Shown: positions 11,201-21,000 of the stretch, piece after piece | How the letters are laid out: each line of letters begins with the position of its first letter | Position numbering within the stretch: the stretch's first letter is position 1 | Source of the DNA: Balanoglossus misakiensis | Lineage: Eukaryota > Animalia > Hemichordata | Length of the DNA stretch: 64,000 nt | Direction: 5' to 3' | NCBI GenBank assembly: GCA_040954595.2 | Contig: CM082577.2 | Span: forward strand, 6,002,301-6,066,300 | Position numbers and translations under genes: made by a program | Notes under the pieces: model-generated | What the model was told of the DNA's origin: nothing | Databases searched by the model: none | The model's input: the letters and a program-made list of their open reading frames with translations, nothing else

Positions 11201-14200
11201 GACTACAACATGCACACAAAAGGTGAACAATTTTTGAAAGTTTAACTCTGAAAAGTTATCCAATTCCGAAACTGTACATAAGATTTATTACATGAGATTG
11301 GATTTAGTTTTGGAGATTAAAAACTAGTTCTGTAATTTCTTATAGAAAGCACGGGAAATAGAAATGTTAAACATTCACAAATATATAACTGAACAATGGT
11401 TAATTGCTGAAGAAAATAACTGCTGACATTTTCTCATGCAAAAACACAAAGACATGCAGAAATTAGCTGCAACTTTTATTGACATCAAATTTTCTTGGGC
11501 ATTCTTTAAATTCTGCATGTTAAAACGGAGACACTTACTAGCGAGCTAGTAAATTCCTCTCACTAAATATACCATCACTGTCATAGTCAAAGTATATGGA
11601 CTAATGTAATGTCATGCCTTGAATAAGGCAGAGATCTAGGATTATTCTTTTTAGGGAGTAGGTGATGCCATGTTGTGTCTGTGAACATTCCTACATGTCA
11701 TAGCACACAGGTCTGTCACAGTGTCATTCACCGAATGAAGATGCAAAACGGATATTTTCTACAACTGCAAACAACCCAAAATTTGTTGGGCCATGAGAAA
11801 CAATCACATTAGCCAAAAAACAGATCCATCAAAAGATGGATTATAAGCAGCTCAGCTGTATCACGTTGTGAGCATGGTAACATCAGGTGAACATGCATGA
11901 CACAGACAATGACATCATTACACGTGGCACAAAAGTACTGGCTTTATTGAATATTCACTGCATGCAAATATCCTCTTATCATAATATATATATATCTATA
12001 AACTACTTGAAAATATTTATGACCGCACTAATACTATTTCAATAAAATACTTAAAATATAATATATGACCAACCTGGCTAAAATACATACTGATTGTAAT
12101 ATTCGTGTCATTCTGTGGTATTTTTATAGTTTACATTTCAGATTATTGTCCAAATCCTGAGACAAGCACTTTTTTCATATAATTATAATGTACAGTACAT
12201 CAAAATGCGACCATAGTCAAATGAAATGCAATGTGGCAAAAATGATGAAATCAACACACAAGATAAAGTTTAATTCAAATAAAAATCTTTACAGGAAATT
12301 CATTATTATACTCTACCTATTAAAACTATATTCAACGAGCACAATGCATTTGTATGCAAAAATATTGCAATGAGTAAAACTTATTGTTCGTAGTGACTTA
12401 CGATTGATGCTGGGTGCCACAGTTCCACTCCCGGTGATGAGAGCTCTTTTCTCTTCATCAAGACTGCTACTGCTGCTCGTATCAGAGTCATTTCCCTGGT
12501 GGTGTTGAAAAAAAAAATACTTTAGCACTGAAGAATATGTTTCAGAAACACTGTGCAGATACTACATGAGCACCAATGTTGTAACAGCTGGCAACGTCTG
12601 CATTTCTTTTCATGCAGGACTTATTCACAGAACATTACCTGCAAATTTAGAGATAGAACAATTTTTCAAGCGTACATCTATTTATATGACAGGGTATCAC
12701 AGATGCGGGGTAGTGTGGTTTGGGGGAGTTTATAAATATGTTAACGAATAAATAAACTGTCTACCATATGTGCCATTTTGGTGCAGAAAAACAAACCACC
12801 TGCTATGCATCGAAAACAGCGTGATATTTGTCATGTACAGAAGACGTTGAAACCATGAACAATAACTTACAGGAATAAAAATAGCCAGACAGCTTAATGA
12901 ACTACTCCAAGATATTCTGAGTACTTCAGAACTTAATCTTAAGACTGCAGTTCTACACATGGGCCACTGACAATTGGTTTAATTAAGCGTCTTACTTCAA
13001 TAATAGTAACTCTGTAATTAAGCCTTTTCACTCAAACAATTTACCTGCGATAATTTGCATAGACTCACAGGCCCATTGACAAGGCTAATCTGATTGATTG
13101 AAAGTGCCAATGGGTTGGTGTGTGCAGGGAAAATGTGAAAATACCAGAGGGACACTGGCTGTAACTTTTTATAATGCCATTATGTACTCACATCTTCCCT
13201 TCTCTCCTGCCTCTTCCACCTCAACACAGCATTTGACGCCGCCATAGTTTCATTGATAAATGTCGCATTCATAAAACTGTAGGTAAGAAAAGGTGTAGAA
13301 ATGTTTAGGAAGTTTGGAGGTTGGTCTCATCTTCCAATCTCTCAGCATTGTAAACTGAAATCAGGGGAACTGATGAAAGAAATTCATGAACTCGTACACT
13401 TCTATTATTTTTGTTATGTGATGTCAATTATCTATTTGTTGTGAAGTGTGGTTTACTTTTGTTAAAAACTAAATACTGAATCAGTAACCTTGTGAATGCC
13501 AATCACAGATACTATATTGCAAAGTATTGGTTTGACCATGGACGTTTGAAAGTGGCTTGACTATAAACTTACCTCAAGAAAGCTAAAACAATCAGAAGAA
13601 TTAGACTACATAGCCATCCAGCATCGGCGAATGCCTTTGGCATCGTCAGAGCTCCGCTTCCCACAATCAAATTAAAAACATATATGAACCCCACCTGAAA
13701 AGAATCATTGAATGTTCACGGTCAGTCTCAATGTAAACACTTCCGGCTTGTGGGAGTATTCAACATGAAGTGCATGTACATGTACATTTTTCTAATCCTC
13801 ACTGTCATAAATAAACTGTTGTATGTAACAACATCGATGTACCGTAGTACACCTACCACCGTTTATACCGGATTACACAATAATGCTGGCAAATAAAGCT
13901 TGGAGCCAGTAGTACTGGTACACTATCTCCATGTTTGAAGAAAACACAGCAGTAGCTTATAGGTGATGCATGAAGAAATCAGACTATCAGTTGTCAGTTG
14001 ACGACAAGTGAGTTTCACCCGGAAACTTTTACTTTTTATCACACTGAAGGATGGCATACCCATCATTCGAAAAACCATACGTTCAAAACACACATTCATA
14101 TAACACTGAAATAATCCTGGGGCTATGGTTTCGCGTTACTATTACTAGTATTGCGTTATCTGATAACGCACGGGACAAACAGCTGTTACCAGTGTCAGCC

Positions 14201-14318
14201 CCTATCATTCACAATCACAGTGGGTGTATTACTCGGGAGCTACAGCCAACTCTACAGGTGATTCGCGACTTACCCCTGCCGAGTACAAATCCCCGCTTTC
14301 CGTCAAACCCTCCGCCAT
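8294..14318 (-). CDS. TMEM104: Transmembrane protein 104 (Aa_trans/SLC38-like amino acid transporter family)
   Basis: Exons (minus): 14274-14318, 13573-13694, 13192-13276, 12402-12495, 10087-10173, 9894-9993, 9501-9600, 9215-9308, 8294-9048 (1482 nt, 493 aa). Motifs VGFIYVFNLIVGSGALTMPKAF, FDITQRVEMGQMASMFFNK, YLYGDLAIYAAAVP, NLFGVCIYSFMCQHSLPS and FPVFTLSTNFPIIAITLRNNL are diagnostic. Confidence 0.95.
11085..11126 (-). other. Candidate 42-nt in-frame alternative exon of TMEM104 (RVLPSPSIQFKPYG)
   Basis: TAG acceptor after a pyrimidine-rich tract with a CTAAT branch-like motif, donor GAG|GTAAAT, phase 1-1 matching the host intron, no stop codon. Confidence 0.55.
13045..13089 (-). other. Candidate microexon of TMEM104 with two in-frame donors (21 nt ISLVNGP, or 45 nt adding VSLCKLSQ)
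   Basis: CAG acceptor at 13090-13091. Donors GTGAGT after 13069 and CAG|GTAAAT after 13045 are both phase 0, matching the host intron, with no stops. Confidence 0.5.
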
Positions 14319-14833
14319 CTTCACCTTTACTGCTGTAAAGCCCTAGATAAGATACATCAATAAGTAGCCTGTTCGTAGTACATAATTTGAACACACTGTC
14401 GCAGAGCTGTCATCATATCCGGAATGAACTCATGTTGACTTGCTTCGTGTGACGACTACGGTGACCGAGGTTCATTACCCACAATGCAGTCTAACCTTTG
14501 CCACGTAGTCAATAGAGGGCGCAACTGTAGAGGTCAAAGGGCAACTTTAAAGGGTCAAAAGCAAAACACGAGGATGATACGCACATGTGTGACAGTTGTC
14601 TGGTGATAGTGTCTAATTCATACGAAGTTTATGCCTTTCATCTGTACATACAGCTACACACTTTGTCAGAACTCAGTAAAACAATAAGTTCAGCGTGCAA
14701 GTCCGTTTACATGTTCCTCAAGTCAACCACATTTACAAGCACTGTTACACGTCAGATTTTGATGTACTGTGCAGTGGCATTTTAAGCTTGGCACCTTCGC
14801 GATTCGCGGACATCTTTTACGATTAGAAATACT
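14319..14833. promoter_or_regulatory. Bidirectional promoter region TMEM104/NAT9 with ZNF143(Staf)-like, CTCF-like and DR1 motifs
   Basis: 515 bp separate the divergent ATGs. TACCCACAATGCAG at 14476-14489 resembles the Staf/ZNF143 site; TCAATAGAGGGCGC at about 14509-14522 is CTCF-like; AGGTCAAAGGGCA at about 14531-14543 is a DR1. Confidence 0.6.
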
Positions 14834-16619
14834 ATGAGGGTGAATGAAAATGTCTTGATACAGGGAAAGAGAGTGGTGTTGGTTCCGTACAAACCAGATC
14901 ATGTTAGAAAGTAAGTTTTATCAATGGGGAAAATTACCCTACAAAGAGTACAATGTGTCAATGCAACATGTTGAATGTGAGAAGCATCTGATCTTTTGTT
15001 AGCTGTGGAAACGCAGCTGTATAGTTGCACAAGGTGTTGGTTTTTTAAAGCAAATAATGTATTTCATTGTAAATGTCAGTGTGCTGTTTTTTGGGAAGGC
15101 AATTATAGTTTTGATAAATTACTGTCGCCATAGATACCATGAATGGATGCAGTCAGCAGAGTTGCAGGAGCTGACGGCATCAGAGCCTCTGACACTGGAA
15201 CAAGAATATGAAATGCAACAAAGCTGGTGGAAAGATGACAATAAGTGTACTTTCATCGTTTTAGACAGGTGTCTCTGGCAGGACCCAAAACTTACTGAAA
15301 TAGGTAAGTTGAAAACTCAAAAGTTTTTTTCCCAATATATTTGGCCAATAGAGGGCGGATATACACGTTCCAGGCCCAGACTGTCTGTCCTCTTGAATCC
15401 ATTGTCCTTTACTGTGAAATTACAAAGGCATAAAGTTTTTTAACTTTCTTTTCAAAATATTGATACAATTCCTTATTTCTCTTCTTTTCTGTTATTTCCT
15501 AACCAGACAGCATGTGTGGTGATGTCAATCTCTTCCTAAACGACCAAGATGACTTGACAGTTGCTGAAATTGAAATCATGATTGCAGGCAAGAAGCATTA
15601 GTTAATTATCAAGACCTTTCCTGAGCTTGTTGAAGTGGTAACTGATATGTTTATTGTGAAAAAAACTTTTCCACTTTGGCATTGGATTAGGTTGGTATAA
15701 GATTTTTTTTAAACGAAATTGAATCGTTGGGTCATGCATGATAAAGGCTCTCTCTCTCATTGACGTATTAATTCTGCTTTCTCTTCAGAAAGTGCATGTC
15801 GAGGGAAAGGCTTTGGAAAAGAAGCCTTGCTTCTAATGATGCAGTATGGTAAGATATGTTGCTATTCAGCCTGGCAGTATGAAAAAAATGCTTCTCTGAG
15901 ACAATTCCAGTCTGATAAAGGGCGCCCCCTGTGACCATTCTTTCAAGTTTAACAAAACCTTCAGCTCGCTCTGCATTCATTTGTATTTAAATAATTTACG
16001 CAAATTTTAGCGGTTTCGACGGTTGGCTATTTCTATCAAAATAAGTAAAATTTGTGAAGATGATTTTTGTTCATAATTTACTTTGCATGGTTTTTATCTG
16101 ATTGATTCTAGGTATAGAACAGCTCAGACTGACGAAGTTCACTGCTAAGATTGGATGCCAAAATTCGAAGAGCCTGGCAATGTTTAAAAAGATTGGTTTT
16201 CAAGAGGTGAGAAAATAAGTTTAATGGCTGGCGTGTGAATGACAGAAATTTTGCTAAATATGTGCACTGTGTATACACACATCAAGGATCAACAACAGTA
16301 AATATTTCAATCAAATACATATATCAGGTTTTTCAATAGCTATTACCTATGAACAGAAACCAAAACCAGTTTCAATCGTGACTTACAAGGTTTTTCAAGC
16401 TCCCCCCTCCAAACACATTAGATTTTCACCAAATGAAGAGTGTGTTTTGATGACAGACATCAAATATTAACAGAATTGTTTTTCCTCTCATATCTCTCCC
16501 AGGTTTCAGTCAGTCAAGTTTTCCAGGAGGTCACGCTGGAACTTCCTGTCACAGAAAATACTGCAGCATGGCTGAAAACAGAAACATCGCACGCCGAAGT
16601 CAAAGCATACTCAAAATGA
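14834..16619 (+). CDS. NAT9: N-acetyltransferase 9 (GNAT family)
   Basis: Exons 14834-14910, 15134-15303, 15507-15587, 15789-15848, 16112-16206, 16503-16619 (600 nt, 199 aa). Motifs VVLVPY...HV.KYHEWM, LTASEPLTLEQEYEMQQSW..D..KCTFIVLD, MCGDVNLFL, AEIEIMIAE..CRGKGFGKEA and S.VFQEVTL. Intron 3 uses a GC donor. Confidence 0.95.
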
Positions 16620-17910
16620 CTACAACGACTCCACTGTTATACAGAGAAAGATGATTTTATTACAAATTTTCTGTACAAGGACCAAGAATGCATGCACATT
16701 ACACTCTGCTATAGTAATAAAAAGGTGACGTTAAAACTCGTCAATGAGTTGTTCATATTTCATTATGATACAAATGTGGTCAAAATTGAGCAACTTTATC
16801 TGATGCTAAAGTGACCTGCATGCTATAACGCTGCTCAAGTATACATTACTATTATTACAATTCACTTTGTAAGAAGACTGAGGTTCTCTCTATGATATAA
16901 CATGCACATAGAGTTTAACACCAATGCCTAGGTGTTAGCATAAGACTCTTACAATGTATGTCTGGATATAAACTATCATTTTTCTTACAATAAAAGTACT
17001 TTGTTAATAATGACTGCTATAAACAATAGTTTGATGTTGGGTCAGTCAGTGTGAAAACACGTACCCAGATGACAATAAATGGTTTAAATGCAAACAGGCA
17101 CAGTAACTCCCAGCTATATCATCCATCCTAATATTTTTACAGCCAGTGTTTTCTGTCACATTATTTGCACAGTACTAAAGACACACCTCATACACACACA
17201 TTTTTGAAATAATTTTGTCACTAAGTGCACCAGTAGGTTACGGTATAAAGGGACAAAGCTTATTTATCTCGTTGGATTTGACCGAGTATCAACACCACTT
17301 GACGCTGTCAAACACGCTGACGTCTAACCCCCCCCCCCCTGCGAAAAATGCGGATGTGCGCAAATGCAATGATGAATTTACAATTTGAGCCTTCACACAA
17401 TGACACAATTGTTCTAACCCATGCCCATGATTTTTACTGACCATAACTACTGACAAATAGAGTTCCATGTATATTTCCAGTATACATACATGTAATTTAC
17501 TTTTATTTAGCCGTTTTTTTTAAATTTTGTATTATAGAATTAGTCTTATTAAACAAATATTTTGTAAGTGTAAATATTTTGATTGCTCAACACTGTAAGA
17601 AGAGCCAGTGGCTCAACAACAATAATAGTGTGCATTTGCACACAAAAATCAAAATACAGTTTAACCCCTTAAAAAAAGAAATTTGTTTACCATATGCACA
17701 TGTTTCAATTAACCACAGACCCTGGAGACTTGTGTGCTCTTGCATTCTTTTAACAATTTTAAAGGGGATCTGAAACACCTTACATGTCACAATTCCCCTT
17801 TAACATTTAACAGGCGAGTTGTGGCTTGCCAAATCATGCAATCTGACACAGTCAAGGTGAAACACATGGTTCTATATATAACTACACAAAATGATATTCA
17901 GCTAATTTTT

Positions 17911-18044
17911 TTATTGTTGTTCGTTTGGCCCTGATTGTTCCTCTGGCTTGGTGGCGGCAGCGCTTGGGTCTTGTCTTCGGTTGGATATTTTCCCCTTGAT
18001 TGACGACAGAGGAGCAGAACGTTTATGCACTAAAGCAGCTGCGG
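17911..18044 (-). other. Probable distal terminal coding exon of ADAP (AAAALVHKRSAP...GPNEQQ*)
   Basis: Very strong (CT)n polypyrimidine tract and TAG acceptor at 18045-18046. Phase 1 matches the donor G|GTATGT at 19806/19805. Open for 44 codons to TAA. Confidence 0.65.
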
Positions 18045-21000
18045 CTATGCAGAGAGAGAGAGAGAGAAGACAGGGAGAGAGAAAATACGCAAAGTTAAAA
18101 AGAAAAGCTTGGGACCACAGGAGGAACAGGAAAAAAACAACAACAGGCATTTGTTTTGCATCAGCTGATGTGCATTACAGGCAGGGTGAAAAACAAAAAA
18201 TGTGAGGATGCATGCAAATAACAATATGGGTGTTTGCGTGCTCGGTCAATTCCCAAAGAAGCTGCGCTTTTGCACCGAAATCTCACATTGGCTTCCTTTG
18301 GAGTTTTCCCCTTCATAAACCCAAGTAATGGTGGCAGATTGTTGCATCGTTTTTTTTTTGGTTAGAGCACAGTTACATGCACAGTTTGGAGATGAAAAGG
18401 GTTATAAGTGGCCGAGGCACCATGGATGTACATGATGTAGCTTTTAGATTTGTGACAGCGAAAATGTCATTGCCCTATCCTACAGCTGTATGGTTTTTAT
18501 GACTGGAAAATATGTAATGAGGTAATCTTAGCAACCACATTGATTAGATTCCAAAAACACTGCACAATACACTACCGTAATAAGTGAAACTACATTCCAT
18601 TACATGCTGCTCAACTGATGCAGGAGCGTGTACTGAAATGGCGCTCACAGTATAAAAAAATTTCTCAATTGTATTAAAAAGACGTTTCTTTTTGTACAGT
18701 TACTGAAGTTAAGATCTACCAAACCTGAAGCCTACATGGCGAAATAACAACCACCAGACTCTTCTGGAGAAATTGAAAGTGTATATACAAGACACCAAAT
18801 TGATGTGAACTGACTACTATATAGGAAGCATTTTACAGATTTGCCAGTGAACGGAGAAAGTTGTTCAAGTTACAGTTGCTATGGAAACTATACATGTATG
18901 ATTGTAAAGGGCCACCAAATACCAATACAACTAAATTGTATAGTCGGTATCCATGCAGTCTCATTCTGGTTATTGTAGATTTGTCTATTGGAAGTCAGTA
19001 TAAATTATTTCGCATCACGGCAAGTCATAATGTCAAGTATGAAACAAAACAAAACAATTAAATAGAAACACTGCAATCAAATCAAAACACTTTAGTACTA
19101 CCAAGCTTTCAAAATCTGGAAAATATCAAAATTATTTACACTAGTACTGTACTACATTAATAAAAGACATGCACGTGTAACACCAAACAAACAATGCTTT
19201 CTGAAGTATATTACAGAATCATGAACAAGTCGTACCTTTTTAACCTTTGAACCCCGCTTTGGAAGAAAACTTTCAAATGATGCCTAAGGTCACTGGGGGT
19301 CAGAGGGCAAAGGGTTTTAATAAGATTCAAGATTCTTTTGGAAAATATAATAATGATTGGCTCCTTGGAAACAGCATTCTTTGGAAATCTTGGGTTGTGG
19401 TTTCTTGGGTTTGCAGATGAAAACTGTATTTGTCCGAGTGGGGAAAGTTTTATGGTTTCTGACAAAATGCTTAAAAGTCGATATTTACACTAGCTAGTCT
19501 ATATTGATATTTCACATGCTGGCATGTTTTTGGGGGTTTTGTTTTTGCTTAAAGTGATACAATCTGATCAATAAAGAATTCACTGCAGTCTAAATCACAC
19601 ATGGCTTTTCATTTTCGCCATGAATGGGAAAAATGGACACAGTATTTCTTTTTGACAGTGTTGATCAAAATAATCTTGGTCAGTACATTCCATCTGTGCA
19701 GCTCAAACCGTTCTCATTGTAACCCCCATCCGAATAAATATAACCCAAAGTACTCTGTCAGCCAACACTGAGAATGGCAGACTCAGCGTTTCTGCTTAAA
19801 CATACCACTTTGCTCTTGCGGGTACAACACTCGGTCTATGGTCTTCTGCAGCACCTCTATCCACGCCTGCTGATCTTGCTCCGTCTCGGCGCAGAAGTAC
19901 CACGACCGGTCGGGCGTCTTGACGGTGAACGCAAACGAGTTGTTCATCTCTTGAAGTCCCGCCGGCAGGCCCTCCCGCACCGCGTAGCCGTCGCCTTTGT
20001 AGCCAAGGAAGAATTCACCTTTTGGATGGGCGTCCTGAGAAAGGGGGGGAGGGGAGGAATGATTAGTGTTAGGTCAAATCACCATGATCTATCTGACATA
20101 TGTAGAGAATCAATTAGAGTGACATATGTAGAGGTCTTTTAATTAGAATCACAGACATGGGCAGAAGACCTTAGTCAGGGGGTGTCACATTTGAAAAATA
20201 CACTTCTCCTGAATTAACCCTTTCAAGCCTGGCTTTCTGGGAACGTATACGAATTTCTCCTATATATAGTGTATCCGGCCAGAAAGGGTTAAGAGTCCCA
20301 ATCACAGTATGGCTTACATACCAATATTATGGGTATATAACCTCTTCCTGGTGGAAAAATTTAATCAGAAGTAATACCTCATGACTTTCTGGACAGCTGA
20401 AACGTCAATAAAAAGCCAGCTCGTCTGTTATGGAGGAAACTAAAACTGGCATTTATGCGTTTCCCACTTTTACATAAACTGGCCATCCACAATCATATAC
20501 TCACCAGTGGATCGGAATAATACATTAATCTTCGGTCATCCAACGTGAACCAACGTTTCCGATACGCTTCTTTCCCTTTTGGTCCACTCTTGTACAAGTA
20601 ACCTTCCTTGATGTACTCCCGGGTTAAAAGTTTCATTAACTACAGGAAAATATAGCACCAACATCATTAGAATTGTAGTGACTGTGCGTCTCAGAAATTG
20701 ACATCACAGTTTTCAGTGTGATTTTAGACATTGTCAAATGCACAGTTGCATTATGTGTAGTGAGTGGTCATTTTTAGCTTATTATCTCCAGCATATATTT
20801 TCACAGTTATCTCTGACTCAAAGTGATCTATTTATATGATGTTACTGTCTTGACTTTCCAACAAACTACAACTTACATCAGCATCATTGGCACCAGGATA
20901 CGCTACTTTCAACCTGTTGTAACTGGCCGATCGGATGGCATTGTACCAGTCAACGATGTCCTGCAGAGAAATAGAAATGTTCAGTGTGATAAAATGAAAG

